A stretch of DNA of 64,000 bases from an uncultured Collinsella sp. (GTDB lineage Bacteria; Actinomycetota; Coriobacteriia; Coriobacteriales; Coriobacteriaceae): NCBI GenBank assembly GCA_900551365.1, contig URVZ01000001.1, positions 17,393 through 81,392 on the forward strand, read 5' to 3'. Positions within the stretch are counted from its first letter, which is position 1, and every line of letters starts with the position of its first letter. Shown one piece after another: positions 17,472-28,242 of the stretch. The position numbers were made by a program, and so were the translations under genes. A model generated the notes under the pieces. That model was not told the origin of the DNA. It made no database searches and saw nothing but the letters and a program-made list of their open reading frames with translations.

Positions 17472-18014
17472 ATGTTTGGTTTTAAGAAAGAGCTCTACAC
17501 GCCCGAGTATCAGCTTGCCGGCGACGAGTGCGCCGTTATCGAGACGTCGAAGGGTACCATCAAGGTCAAGTTTGACGGCGAGGGCGCTCCCATTCATGTC
17601 GCGAACTTCTGCGAGCTTTCTACGATGGGCTTCTATGATGGCCTTAAGTTCCATCGCTATGTGCCCGGTTTTGTCATCCAGGGCGGCGACCCCAATACCC
17701 GCGATATGTCCGGCGCCGACGTCGCCGCTGGTCTTGAGGGCCCCGACGGCATGCCCGGTACCGGTGGCCCCGGCTACTGCATCAAGGGCGAGTTTGCCAC
17801 CAATCCGCGCAACAGCCATGTCGATGGTGCCCTTGCCATGGCACGCTCCATGGACCCCGATTCCGCGGGTTCGCAGTTCTACTTCTGCCTGGGCGCCCAG
17901 CATAACCTCGATTCCGGTTACACCGTCTTTGGTACCACGGTCGAGGGTCTCGATGTGATTTCGCAGCTGCGTGCCGGCGACGAGATCGTCCATGTCGAGA
18001 TCGTTCACGAGTAA
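17472..18014 (+). CDS. Cyclophilin-type peptidyl-prolyl isomerase
   Basis: 'FYDGLKFHRYVPGFVIQGGDP', 'GALAMAR', 'SAGSQF' and 'YTVFG' motifs. Confidence 0.95.
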   Translation: MFGFKKELYTPEYQLAGDECAVIETSKGTIKVKFDGEGAPIHVANFCELSTMGFYDGLKFHRYVPGFVIQGGDPNTRDMSGADVAAGLEGPDGMPGTGGPGYCIKGEFATNPRNSHVDGALAMARSMDPDSAGSQFYFCLGAQHNLDSGYTVFGTTVEGLDVISQLRAGDEIVHVEIVHE

Positions 18015-18025
18015 AGGGGACTTCC

Positions 18026-19330
18026 TTGAATAGCCAGCTGATCCAACAGGGCCGCGCCGCTTACCGCGCGGGTGATTTTTCCGCTGCAGCCCAGATGCTT
18101 GGGGCGGCAAAGACTCCCGATGAGATTATGGGCGAGGCCGATCACCTTCGTGGCAACGCCTTGATGCACCTGGGCATGTATGCCGAGGCCGCCGAGGCTT
18201 ATGCTGCCGCCCTCAACGACGGCACCTACGGCAAGCGCGGCGCGCTGCTCACCAACCGCGGCAAGGCGCTCGCCGCCGTGGGCGACTACACGACGGCCGC
18301 CCAGGCGTTCTCTGCTGCTACGCAGGATGCTTCCTATGCCACGCCGTTCAAGGCCTATCTGGGCCTGGGCAATGCGCTGTTCCAGTCGGGCGATTATGCC
18401 AACGCAGGTACTGCCTTCCGTCAGGCTGCCATCGACGGCGCCAATCCGGCTCCTGCCGCCGCACTCGGCGAGCTCGGTCGTTGCTTCATTAAGCTCGGCC
18501 GTCCGGCGGATGCCGTGGAGACCTACCGTACGGCTATCGACTTTGCCGGTCCCCGTGACGACACGCGCGCGCTCAACGCCGGCATGGGTCAGGCGCTTTC
18601 TGCCGCCGGCCGTCCCTCCGACGCACTCGACGCCTTTAACGCCGCTACTGCCGATGGCATCTACCAGCTTACCTCCGAGCAGGCCGATGAGCTTGCCCGC
18701 GTGCACGATTCGCTTGCCGCGCTGTCTGCCCAGACGGCTATGGCCACGGCTCCGGCGCCTGCGATGGACGCTCCTGCCGTCGATCCGCTCGATCCTACGG
18801 GCGCGACCGGTCAGTTTATGCCCGATCCCTCGGACACCGGCTTCTTTACACTGTCAGAGTCCGAGATGGTCCAGCAGGACCGTCAGGATCGTAAGCAGGC
18901 CAAGGTCCGTCGTCGCCATCGCCACACGGGTCTCAAAGTCTTCATCGTGCTGCTTCTGCTCATTTTGATTGCTGCGGGCGGTCTGGGCTTTGCCTACACG
19001 CGCGGCTTTGGCTTCCCCTCGCAGGAGTCGGTTATCACCGATCTGTTCCGGGCTGCCGGCGACGGTGACACCGCAAAGGCCGAGTCTTGCCTGGCCTCGA
19101 GCCTGTCTGAGGACGCCAAGTCGATGATCATCTCCTCGATTCCGCAGGGCGCCACCGTGTCCGTCGAGGGCATGGATCAGTCCATGACCGAGACGACTGC
19201 CAAGGTGAAGGCATCGCTGTCCAAGGGCGGCGAGCAGGAGTACACCGTCAAATTCGTGCGCTCCGACAATCATATCGGCTGGGCCGTTTCCTCGCTCGAT
19301 ATGGATTTCTCGGCTGCTGACAACCAGTAG
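18026..19330 (+). CDS. TPR-repeat membrane protein
   Basis: Multiple TPR-like helical repeats, one TM helix and a C-terminal extracytoplasmic domain. Confidence 0.8.
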   Translation: MNSQLIQQGRAAYRAGDFSAAAQMLGAAKTPDEIMGEADHLRGNALMHLGMYAEAAEAYAAALNDGTYGKRGALLTNRGKALAAVGDYTTAAQAFSAATQDASYATPFKAYLGLGNALFQSGDYANAGTAFRQAAIDGANPAPAAALGELGRCFIKLGRPADAVETYRTAIDFAGPRDDTRALNAGMGQALSAAGRPSDALDAFNAATADGIYQLTSEQADELARVHDSLAALSAQTAMATAPAPAMDAPAVDPLDPTGATGQFMPDPSDTGFFTLSESEMVQQDRQDRKQAKVRRRHRHTGLKVFIVLLLLILIAAGGLGFAYTRGFGFPSQESVITDLFRAAGDGDTAKAESCLASSLSEDAKSMIISSIPQGATVSVEGMDQSMTETTAKVKASLSKGGEQEYTVKFVRSDNHIGWAVSSLDMDFSAADNQ

Positions 19331-19445
19331 TGACCTTATGGGATTTAGCTTTGCCCGGCGCTTCACCGCAAGTGAGGTGCCGGGCTTGCGCTAGTATCAT
19401 GAGCTAGTAGTTTTCCAGCAATCATCCAACACATCAGGAGTTGCG

Positions 19446-20489
19446 TTGTTTTCTTTGATGGATATGTTCTTCGGTAGCTATGCGGGCGATCTTGCCATCG
19501 ACCTCGGCACCGCAAATACGCTTGTCTCCGTGCGCGGCAAGGGCATTGTCATTCGCGAGCCCTCTGTTGTCGCCATCGACAAGAACGACGAGCGCATCCT
19601 GGCGGTCGGTATCGAGGCAAAGCGCATGCTCGGCCGTACGCCCGGCAACATCGTGGCCGTTCGTCCCCTGAAGGACGGCGTCATCGCCGACTTCGATGTT
19701 ACCGAGGCCATGCTTCGCTACTTTATCGACAAGGCTTCCGAGAAGCGCTATCCGTGGACCCCGCGTCCGCGCGTTGTCGTTTGCGTTCCCTCCGGCGTCA
19801 CGTCGGTCGAGAAGCGTGCCGTCTTTGAGGCTACGATCCAGGCCGGCGCTCGCCAGGCCTACCTGATCGAGGAGCCCATGGCTGCTGCTATCGGCGCCGA
19901 CCTGCCTGTCGAGGAGCCCACCGGCTCCATGGTCATCGACATCGGTGGCGGTACCACCGAGGTTGCCGTTATCGCTATGGGCGGCATCGTCGTCTCGCAG
20001 TCCATCCGTATTGCCGGCGACGAGTTCGATCAGGCCATCCTCACGCACGTTCGCGATGCCTACAACCTTGCCATCGGCGAGCGTACGGCAGAGGACATCA
20101 AGATCAAGGTCGGTTCCGCCGTGCCGCTCAAGGACGAGCTCGACGTCGAGGTCAACGGCCGCGACGTGATCACCGGTCTGCCCAAGACCGTGCGCATCGA
20201 GAGCGAGGAGATTCGTCGCGCGCTCAACAAGCCGCTCGACGAGATGGCCAAGGCCGTCAAGGACGCACTCGACGCTACGCCTCCCGATCTTGCCTCGGAC
20301 CTTATGTACTACGGCATTTTGCTGACTGGTGGCGGCGCGCTGTTGCGCGGTCTCGACGTGCGCCTGCGCGATGAGACCGGTGTTTCGGTCAACGTCAGCC
20401 CCACGGCGCTCGATAACGTCGTTAACGGCTGTGCCCGCGTGCTCGAGGCCAATGCGTTTGATGGCGGCTTCGTCCAGACCAATGCTTAA
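19446..20489 (+). CDS. mreB: Rod shape-determining protein MreB
   Basis: 'IDLGTANT', 'IEEPMAAAIGA' and 'DIGGGTTEVA' motifs. Confidence 0.97.
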   Translation: MFSLMDMFFGSYAGDLAIDLGTANTLVSVRGKGIVIREPSVVAIDKNDERILAVGIEAKRMLGRTPGNIVAVRPLKDGVIADFDVTEAMLRYFIDKASEKRYPWTPRPRVVVCVPSGVTSVEKRAVFEATIQAGARQAYLIEEPMAAAIGADLPVEEPTGSMVIDIGGGTTEVAVIAMGGIVVSQSIRIAGDEFDQAILTHVRDAYNLAIGERTAEDIKIKVGSAVPLKDELDVEVNGRDVITGLPKTVRIESEEIRRALNKPLDEMAKAVKDALDATPPDLASDLMYYGILLTGGGALLRGLDVRLRDETGVSVNVSPTALDNVVNGCARVLEANAFDGGFVQTNA

Positions 20490-20510
20490 TTTCCAAAAGG
20501 TGGATTCCAT

Positions 20511-21509
20511 TTGGCACGATCTTCGGGTTTCTCCACAAATCTGAATACCAAGCGACAATCAACGGGTATGCGCCCGTTGATTGTTTTCAGCCTGATTTCG
20601 GTGTTGCTGCTCACGTTTTACATCCGCGAGGGCGAGGCAGGGCCGATTCATGCCGTGCGTTCGGGCGTAACGACGATTACCTCTCCGGTGCGCTTTGTGG
20701 GCTCGGCTGTGGCGGCTCCCTTCAATGCGATTGGCAACGTGTTCTCTAACCTAACGGCGTCGCAGGACACGCTCGACGAGCTCAAGAAGCAAAATGAGGA
20801 GCTGACCTCTAAGGTCGCCGAGCTTTCTGAGGCTCAAAAGACTGCCGAGCGCCTGGAGGGCCTGGTCGGGCTGCAATCGACCTACAACCTCAAATCGACC
20901 GCAGCTCGTATCGTTGGTGCCTCCGGCGATGCCTGGACCTCGACCGTTACCATCGACAAGGGCTCTGCCGACGGCCTTACCATCAACATGCCCGTGACGA
21001 GTTCTGCCGGTGTTATCGGCCAGATTATCGAGGTATCGGCCAAGACCTCTACCGTGCGCCTGATTGGCGACGAGAACTCGGGCGTGTCCGCCATGGTGCA
21101 GGACACGCGCGCCCAGGGTATGCTGCAGGGTCAGGCTGACGGCACGCTGCGTCTTGAGTACGTGAGCGTCGACTCCGATGTTAAGGTTGGCGATATCATC
21201 GTGACCTCTGGCATCGGTGGCGTGTTCCCCAAGGGCCTTCCGCTTGGCACCGTCTCGTCGGTTGAGAAATCGGCAAACGACGTGTACTACACCATTGTGG
21301 TGCGCGCTCAGACCACGGCCGAGAACAACGAGGAAGTGCTGGTCATCACCTCGCTGACCGACGAACAGTCGGCCTCGGATGAGGACGTGAGCACGGCCAA
21401 CAGCACGCCGCAGGGAACGTCGCGCGATGCTGCGACCAAGACGAAGGACGAGAGCTCGGATGACAGTTCCGACACGTCCGAGACGACCGATTCTGGCTCG
21501 AGCGAATAG
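20511..21509 (+). CDS. mreC: Rod shape-determining protein MreC
   Basis: TM plus coiled coil, 'TIDKGS' and 'TSGIGGVFPKGL'; follows mreB. Confidence 0.93.
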   Translation: MARSSGFSTNLNTKRQSTGMRPLIVFSLISVLLLTFYIREGEAGPIHAVRSGVTTITSPVRFVGSAVAAPFNAIGNVFSNLTASQDTLDELKKQNEELTSKVAELSEAQKTAERLEGLVGLQSTYNLKSTAARIVGASGDAWTSTVTIDKGSADGLTINMPVTSSAGVIGQIIEVSAKTSTVRLIGDENSGVSAMVQDTRAQGMLQGQADGTLRLEYVSVDSDVKVGDIIVTSGIGGVFPKGLPLGTVSSVEKSANDVYYTIVVRAQTTAENNEEVLVITSLTDEQSASDEDVSTANSTPQGTSRDAATKTKDESSDDSSDTSETTDSGSSE

Positions 21510-21514
21510 GGGGC

Positions 21515-22087
21515 ATGTCCATGGATCTACACGAGCAGGGGATGAGCTCCCGCACGTTTGTAATCGCCGCCATTGTGTGTGTGCTGCTGCAGGCAGGCCT
21601 GGCACCGCAGATCTCCATTGCGGGAGGTCGCGTCAACTTCATGATTATCCTGGTGTGCCTAAGCGTGTTCTCGGGCGACCCGACCCGTGCCGTCGTGTGC
21701 GGTTTTTGCAGCGGCTTGTTTTATGACCTGTCCGCTGCCGTGCCGGTGGGCGTTATGTCGCTCCTGCTGACCGTGGGTTCTTTTGCCCTGGTGCACAGCG
21801 CCGTCGGTCAGACGGGCGGTACCCCGAGTGCGCGCGGCGTCACCGTGGGCGCCTTTGCGCTCGTCATTAATGTGATCTACAGCATCATCTTGCTGTTTAT
21901 GGGTTTGGAGACGAGCTTTGTCGTGGCGATCTTCGGCCATGCGCTGCCGTCCTCGATCCTGACGGGTCTGGTTGCCATTCCGTTTTTGATGTCCGGCGTC
22001 GTGCCGCAGTCCGGCTATGGATTCTCCGCACGTGGCGGACGCCAGACGGGTATGCGCTTTAAGCCCAAGACCCGCAAGCTCAAATAG
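21515..22087 (+). CDS. mreD: Rod shape-determining protein MreD
   Basis: Hydrophobic multi-TM protein between mreC and the PBP2 gene. Confidence 0.8.
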   Translation: MSMDLHEQGMSSRTFVIAAIVCVLLQAGLAPQISIAGGRVNFMIILVCLSVFSGDPTRAVVCGFCSGLFYDLSAAVPVGVMSLLLTVGSFALVHSAVGQTGGTPSARGVTVGAFALVINVIYSIILLFMGLETSFVVAIFGHALPSSILTGLVAIPFLMSGVVPQSGYGFSARGGRQTGMRFKPKTRKLK

Positions 22088-22100
22088 GGGAGGCCCGTAG

Positions 22101-24170
22101 ATGTCTTCCCAGATGACGGTTATTATCGCCGGTATCGTGCTGGTTGTGGCCATCGTGGTCGCGCTGGTCATCATGCGTCGAGGCGATTCCCGTTTTACCT
22201 ACGATACACAGCATGGAACGGCCCCGCGCGCCACCGAGGGCGAGGGCAATACCGCGGCGACCGCCTTTAAGGGCCGCTTTTCCATCCTCACCACGGGTGT
22301 GGGCGCGATGTTTGCGGCACTTGCCGTCAAGCTGTGGGGCATGCAGATGGTCTCGTCGGACTATTACGAGAAGCAGGCCAATAGTAATCAGACTCGCACC
22401 GTTACCACACCCGCTGTGCGCGGCCGCATCCTCGACCGCAATGGCGTGGCGCTTGTCCAGAACCGTCCCTCACTTGCTGTCGTGGCCTACCGCGACCTTG
22501 CCGAGGATGAGGTTCTGGTTCGCCATCTTGCCAACGTGCTTGGAATGCCTTATGTGGCGGTCCTTCGCAATATTCAGGACAATACAGAGGGCGCTCAGAG
22601 CCTGCATACCATCGCGACGGACGTCCGTCGCTCCACGGTTGCCTATATCAAGGAACACGCCGGCGAGTTCCCGGGCGTCAAGATTGCCGAGCGTACCGAG
22701 CGCCAGTATCCATACGGCGAGACGGCATGCCATATCTTGGGCTATACCGGCACCATTACCTCCGAGCAGCTCGAGGCCCAGAATAAGAAAACCTCTGGCG
22801 ATGATGATGCTTCTGCTGGCAAGATTACGTACCAGTCGGGCGATATCGTGGGCCAGGCGGGCGTTGAGAGCTACTACGAAAACCTGCTGCAGGGTATTCG
22901 TGGCGAGCAGACCGTCAAGGTCGATGCCTCGGGCAATGTGACCGGTCAGGCCGGCGCCGTGCCCGCGAAGGCCGGCTCCGACATTAAGCTCACGCTCGAC
23001 CTTAAGATCCAACAGGCCTGTGAGACGGCGCTGGCGAGCGCTATCGAGCTTGCCAAGACCACTGGCTACAGCAATGCCGGCAACGGCGCTGTGGTGTGTC
23101 TCGATCCCAACAATGGCGAGATCCTGGGCATGGCGAGCCAGCCCAAGTTCGATCCGTCCGTCTTTATCGGCGGCGTCTCAAATGACGTGTGGACCGAGCT
23201 CAATGATGACAAGGGTTCGCACCCGCTGCTCAACCGCGCCATTAGCGGACAGTACATGTCGGCCTCGACCATCAAGCCGCTCTCGGCACTGGCCGGTCTT
23301 GAGTTTGGAACCTACACTTCAACGCAGACAACCAACTGCACGGGTTATTGGACGGGTCTGGGCAAGGCTTGGGGCAAGCGCTGCTGGCTGACGTCTGGCC
23401 ACGGCACCATGACGCTGCAGTCGGGTATCGCCAACTCGTGCGACCCCGTCTTCTACGACATGGGTAAGGCGTTCTTTTATGACGAGCAACATCCCGAGGG
23501 CCTGCAGGAGGTCTTTCGTCGCTGGGGCCTAGGCAAGACCTGCGGTATCGATCTGCCGAGTGAGGGCGCGGGTCGTATTCCCGATGCCGAGTGGAAAGAG
23601 TCGTACTTCACCGACGCCTCTGCCGAGGACCGCAAGTGGAATGCCGGCGATATGACCAACATTGCTATCGGCCAGGGCGACATCCTGGTGACGCCCCTGC
23701 AGATGGCGTGCGCCTATATGGGTCTTGCCAACGGCGGCAAACAGTACGTGCCTCACGTATTTTTGTCTGCCGTGTCGCGCGATGGCGACGGCGATGCCTA
23801 TAAGTACAATGGCAAGGGCAAGAAGAAGCGCCTGGAGGCCAAGATCAACAGCGATTCGGATTTGGCTCTTGTTCGCAACGGCATGCACGACGTGATTTAC
23901 ACGGCATCGACGTCCCTGGCGGCGCACTTTGGCACCCTGACGCCGCAGGTATACGGCAAGTCGGGCACGGGCGAGAAAAGTGGCGAGGACGAATACGCGT
24001 GGTTCTGCGCCTATGCACCGGCCGATGATCCCAAGTATGTCATCGCTACCGTCCTGGAGCAGGGCGGCGGTGGCTCAGATACCGCGATGCATGTCGTGCG
24101 CGACGTGCTCGGCGTGATTTATGACGAGCCCGATACCTCTTCGGCCTCGGGCGATTCTTCGGTTCGATAG
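22101..24170 (+). CDS. mrdA: Penicillin-binding protein 2
   Basis: 'RGRILDRNG', SxxK (STIK), SCD and KSGT motifs. Confidence 0.93.
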   Translation: MSSQMTVIIAGIVLVVAIVVALVIMRRGDSRFTYDTQHGTAPRATEGEGNTAATAFKGRFSILTTGVGAMFAALAVKLWGMQMVSSDYYEKQANSNQTRTVTTPAVRGRILDRNGVALVQNRPSLAVVAYRDLAEDEVLVRHLANVLGMPYVAVLRNIQDNTEGAQSLHTIATDVRRSTVAYIKEHAGEFPGVKIAERTERQYPYGETACHILGYTGTITSEQLEAQNKKTSGDDDASAGKITYQSGDIVGQAGVESYYENLLQGIRGEQTVKVDASGNVTGQAGAVPAKAGSDIKLTLDLKIQQACETALASAIELAKTTGYSNAGNGAVVCLDPNNGEILGMASQPKFDPSVFIGGVSNDVWTELNDDKGSHPLLNRAISGQYMSASTIKPLSALAGLEFGTYTSTQTTNCTGYWTGLGKAWGKRCWLTSGHGTMTLQSGIANSCDPVFYDMGKAFFYDEQHPEGLQEVFRRWGLGKTCGIDLPSEGAGRIPDAEWKESYFTDASAEDRKWNAGDMTNIAIGQGDILVTPLQMACAYMGLANGGKQYVPHVFLSAVSRDGDGDAYKYNGKGKKKRLEAKINSDSDLALVRNGMHDVIYTASTSLAAHFGTLTPQVYGKSGTGEKSGEDEYAWFCAYAPADDPKYVIATVLEQGGGGSDTAMHVVRDVLGVIYDEPDTSSASGDSSVR

Positions 24171-24179
24171 GAGGTTGCG

Positions 24180-25406
24180 ATGGATTTTTCTCCGGCGGAT
24201 CTGTTCCGTTCAACCAAGACCGGCTCTCGCAGCAGCCTGGACCGCGTCAACAAGCAACTTTCGGCCTCGCGCGGCACGTTTCGCCAAAAGGTGCATATCG
24301 GTGTGCTCGTGGCTACTGTGGCGCTCGTCGCCTACGGTGCCATCATTATCTGGTCGGCTTCGCAGTTTAAGGCCGATGCATCGTTTTCACGCCATCTTCT
24401 GGGAATTGGCATCGGGGCGGTGCTGGCGGTGCTGGTCTGGCGTACCGACCTGCGCGGTATTTCCAATTTCTCGACGGCGTTGCTCGTCATCGACCTGATC
24501 GTGATCTTCTCGCCCAAGATTCCGGGTCTGTCCTATACGGGCGGTCTGGGCATGACGGGCTGGATCAAGATTCCCGGTATCGGCTTGACGTTCCAGCCGG
24601 TTGAGCTTGCCAAGCTCATCACCATCTTCTTTATTGCTACGCTTGGCTCGCAGTATAACGGTCGCATCGATACCGTTCGCGACTACGTCAAGCTCTGCGG
24701 CATGCTGTCCATTCCGTTTTTGGCCGTCGTTGCCATGGGTGACCTGGGCTCGGGCCTGGTCGTGCTGGTTTCGGGCGCCATCGTCATCTGCATGAGCGGT
24801 GCACGCCGCGAATGGGTGCTGTCGACCCTGGCCCTGCTCGTGGGCCTGGTGGCCCTTGTCCTGGCGCTTGATTCGGTCTTTGATTCGTTGCTCGGCCACG
24901 ATGTGCTCATCAAGCAGTATCAGATGAACCGTCTGACGGTCTTTATCGACCCCGATAATGCCGATTCGGACGATGCCTACAACCTGCAGCAGTCGCTTAT
25001 CGCCGTTGGCTCGGGCGGCTTCTTTGGTAAGGGCCTGGGCCATGCGACGCAGTCGGCCGGCGGCTTTCTGCCTGAGTTCCACACCGACTTCGTCTTCGCC
25101 TTCCTGTCCGAGACCTTTGGCTTTTGCGGTTCCTTTTTGCTCCTGTGCCTCTACGTGCTGCTGATCTTTTCGACGATTCGCGTCGCCTTTAAGTGCGAGT
25201 CGCTGTTTTTGCGTCTTTCGTGTGTGGGCATCGTTGGCATGTGGGCGTTCCAGACTTTCGAAAACATCGGCATGTGCATCGGCATGATGCCGATTACCGG
25301 TATTCCGCTACCGTTTATTAGCTTCGGTTCGTCTTCGATGATGATTCAGCTGCTGACGGTGGGTATCGTACAATCCATATGGCGGCATCGTTCGGGCGCC
25401 GCGTAA
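24180..25406 (+). CDS. rodA: SEDS family RodA
   Basis: 'FQPVELAK', 'LPEFHTDFVF' and 'GIPLPFISFG' motifs. Confidence 0.92.
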   Translation: MDFSPADLFRSTKTGSRSSLDRVNKQLSASRGTFRQKVHIGVLVATVALVAYGAIIIWSASQFKADASFSRHLLGIGIGAVLAVLVWRTDLRGISNFSTALLVIDLIVIFSPKIPGLSYTGGLGMTGWIKIPGIGLTFQPVELAKLITIFFIATLGSQYNGRIDTVRDYVKLCGMLSIPFLAVVAMGDLGSGLVVLVSGAIVICMSGARREWVLSTLALLVGLVALVLALDSVFDSLLGHDVLIKQYQMNRLTVFIDPDNADSDDAYNLQQSLIAVGSGGFFGKGLGHATQSAGGFLPEFHTDFVFAFLSETFGFCGSFLLLCLYVLLIFSTIRVAFKCESLFLRLSCVGIVGMWAFQTFENIGMCIGMMPITGIPLPFISFGSSSMMIQLLTVGIVQSIWRHRSGAA

Positions 25407-25424
25407 CCGCTGGAGGGGTTTGCT

Positions 25425-26354
25425 ATGAAAATTCCCGTAGATAAGCTGACCCGCGCTTTTAAGATGGGCGCGTCCGTTAAGAAGGATTCCGATACGCCGG
25501 TGCGCGTCTCGGTCTATCTGGATTCGTCCGCCTCGCGCTTTCTGGCCGAGACGGTGCGTGACGCCTTTGTGCCGCAGACGACCTCGGGCATTGTGCGCGT
25601 CGAGCGTCTGGGGGAGGAGCGAATTGCTCCAAAGACCGATACCGATGTGGTGCTGGTGCTCTCGTGTGGTTCCGACCGCTTGGAGAGTGCCGTGCAGGAG
25701 CTCGTGATCGCCGGCGCGCCCGTGTGCGTGCTTGCCGAGTCTGCTGTGGAGGTGCCGTTTATCGAGGAGTCCACGCCCATGCTCGGCGTGGTAGCGGCAA
25801 TCGATAAGACGTATCTGCTCGAGACGCTTGCCCGCTGGATTCTCGATCGCACCGACAAGGAAACGGCTTTTGCGGCGAACTTTGCCTTCATGCGCATCGC
25901 GGCGGCCAACCGTATCATCACCTCGTGCGCGCTCACCAATATGGCGACCGGTGCACTGGTGTTTTTGCCGGGCGCCGATTATCCCGTTATGGCGCTGGCG
26001 CAGGTGGGCATGCTCTTTGAGCTCGCTGCCGTCTTTGGACGCGGCATTAAACCCGAGCGTGGCTACGAGGTCGCGGGCGTGCTTGCCGGCGGTCTTGTGA
26101 TCCGCGCGGTCACCCGCGCGCTCGTCAAGCAGACGCCGCATATTGGGTTTGCCGTCAAGGCGCTCACTGCTGCCGCGGGCACCTATGGCATGGGCCGTGC
26201 GCTCGTTTCGCTCTACGAGCGCGATGTCGACTACAGCCGTGCCAATGAGGTGGTCACTGCCACGTTTTCCCGCGTTCGCGATCTTGTGACCACGGTCGCG
26301 GGCGCTACCCGTCCTATGGCGTCCTACCAGGACGCATCAGATCTCGCTGCTTAG
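25425..26354 (+). CDS. Hypothetical protein with C-terminal hydrophobic domain
   Basis: SD GGAGG, host-like codon usage, in operon context. Confidence 0.7.
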   Translation: MKIPVDKLTRAFKMGASVKKDSDTPVRVSVYLDSSASRFLAETVRDAFVPQTTSGIVRVERLGEERIAPKTDTDVVLVLSCGSDRLESAVQELVIAGAPVCVLAESAVEVPFIEESTPMLGVVAAIDKTYLLETLARWILDRTDKETAFAANFAFMRIAAANRIITSCALTNMATGALVFLPGADYPVMALAQVGMLFELAAVFGRGIKPERGYEVAGVLAGGLVIRAVTRALVKQTPHIGFAVKALTAAAGTYGMGRALVSLYERDVDYSRANEVVTATFSRVRDLVTTVAGATRPMASYQDASDLAA

Positions 26355-26364
26355 GGGTTTTCCG

Positions 26365-28242
26365 TTGCGCGTTGCATACCAAGATTGTTTTCATTTAATT
26401 GAGCCGTTGCTCGCCAAGGTCGAGAAGCCGAGCCGCTATATCGATCACGAGTGGGGCACGCTTTCCAAGGCCGATGCCGACTACCGTTGCTGCCTGATCT
26501 ACCCGGATGTGTACGAGGTTGGTCTGCCCAACCAGGGCATCGCCATCCTCTACAACATCCTTAACCAGGCCGAGGGCATCTCCTGCGAGCGCGGCTATGT
26601 GCCGTGGCCCGATATGGGCGACGCCATGCGCGAGGCGGGTATTCCGCTGCTATCGCTCGAGGGTGCAGCGCCGGTCGCTTCGTTTGATATCGTCGGTCTG
26701 CATGTGCCGCACGAGATGGCGGTGACGAACTTCCTCGAGGCTTTGGACCTCGCTGGCATTCCGCTGTTAGCGGCCGACCGAGGTGAAGACGACCCAATCA
26801 TCATCGCCGGCGGTCCCTCGGTGTACAACCCCGAGCCGTACGCGGCCTTCTTCGATGCCATCCTCATCGGTGAGGGCGAGGAATCGCTGCTCGAGACCTG
26901 CCAGCTGCATCGCCGCCTGCGTGACGAAGGGGTCCCGCGCGCGCAGATTGTCGAGCAGCTTGCATCCATTGCCGGCAACTACGTGCCGTCGCTCTATGAG
27001 GTTCGTCATGACGAGCCCTGCTCGCCGCATGGCTACACCGTGCCACGTGAGGGCAAGGATGCGCCGACCGTGGTCTACAAGCGCGTCGTCGAGGATTTCG
27101 GCGCCACGAATCCGCTGTCGCAGTCGTGCGTGCCCTATGCGCAGCTGGTTCACGACCGCCTGTCTATCGAGATCCTGCGCGGCTGCGCCCGCGGCTGTCG
27201 TTTTTGCCAGGCTGGCATGACGTATCGCCCGGTGCGCGAGCGCTCGGCCGACCAGATCGTCTCGTCGGTGATTCAGGGCCTGGAAAAGACTGGCTATGAC
27301 GAGGTGTCGCTGACCTCGCTCTCCACGACCGACCACTCCTGCATTCGCGACGTGCTCGGCAGGCTCAACCGTCGCCTGGAGGATACGGGTATTCGCGTGT
27401 CTATTCCGTCGCAGCGCCTGGATTCGTTTGGCGTGGATATGGCCGAGTCGGTCGCCGGCGAAAAGAAGGGCGGACTAACGTTCGCGCCCGAGGCCGGCAG
27501 CCAGCGCATGCGCGACATCATTAACAAGAACGTGACCGAGGAGGACCTGGAGCGTGCGGCCAAGGCGGCCTTCGAGGCCGGTTGGAACCGCATGAAGCTC
27601 TACTTTATGATGGGCCTTCCCGGCGAGCGCGATGAGGACATCGTGGCCATCGCCAATCTGGCCGATCACGTGCTGGAGCTCGGTCGTTCCGTGGTGCCCA
27701 AGGCTCGTCGCGGCTCGATTTCGGTGTCGATCTCGGTTTCGGTCTTTATCCCCAAGGCTGCCACGCCGTTCCAGTGGTGCCCGCAGCTCGACTACGACGA
27801 CGTCAAGCGTCGCCAGAAGCTGCTTATCACGAGCGTTCGCAACCGTGCCGTCCGCGTGCATTACCACGATGCCGAGACCTCGCTCATCGAGGCCGCGCTT
27901 TCCCGCGCCGGTCGTGACATGACGCCCGTCATCATCGATGCTTGGCGCTCGGGCTCTCGCTTTGACGCCTGGGTAGAGCATTTCTCGCTCGATAACTGGA
28001 AGGAAGCTGCTGCCAAAAACGGCATCGACCTCAATGAGCTCGTGCACCTGCCCTACGAGTTGGACTGGCGCCTGCCGTGGGAGCACGTGAGCCCCGGCTG
28101 CACGCGCGGCTTCCTCGAGCGCGAGTACCGTCGCTCGCTCGAGGGCGTCACGACTCCCGACTGTACCCGCACGTCGTGCACCGGCTGCGGGATCTGCCCC
28201 ACGCTCCACGCCAAGAATGTATTGATGGGTGATCGCGCATGA
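26365..28242 (+). CDS. TIGR03960-type B12-binding radical SAM protein
   Basis: 'VEKPSRY', 'YPDVYEVG', CxxxCxxC (CARGCRFC) and a C-terminal Cys cluster. Confidence 0.9.
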   Translation: MRVAYQDCFHLIEPLLAKVEKPSRYIDHEWGTLSKADADYRCCLIYPDVYEVGLPNQGIAILYNILNQAEGISCERGYVPWPDMGDAMREAGIPLLSLEGAAPVASFDIVGLHVPHEMAVTNFLEALDLAGIPLLAADRGEDDPIIIAGGPSVYNPEPYAAFFDAILIGEGEESLLETCQLHRRLRDEGVPRAQIVEQLASIAGNYVPSLYEVRHDEPCSPHGYTVPREGKDAPTVVYKRVVEDFGATNPLSQSCVPYAQLVHDRLSIEILRGCARGCRFCQAGMTYRPVRERSADQIVSSVIQGLEKTGYDEVSLTSLSTTDHSCIRDVLGRLNRRLEDTGIRVSIPSQRLDSFGVDMAESVAGEKKGGLTFAPEAGSQRMRDIINKNVTEEDLERAAKAAFEAGWNRMKLYFMMGLPGERDEDIVAIANLADHVLELGRSVVPKARRGSISVSISVSVFIPKAATPFQWCPQLDYDDVKRRQKLLITSVRNRAVRVHYHDAETSLIEAALSRAGRDMTPVIIDAWRSGSRFDAWVEHFSLDNWKEAAAKNGIDLNELVHLPYELDWRLPWEHVSPGCTRGFLEREYRRSLEGVTTPDCTRTSCTGCGICPTLHAKNVLMGDRA

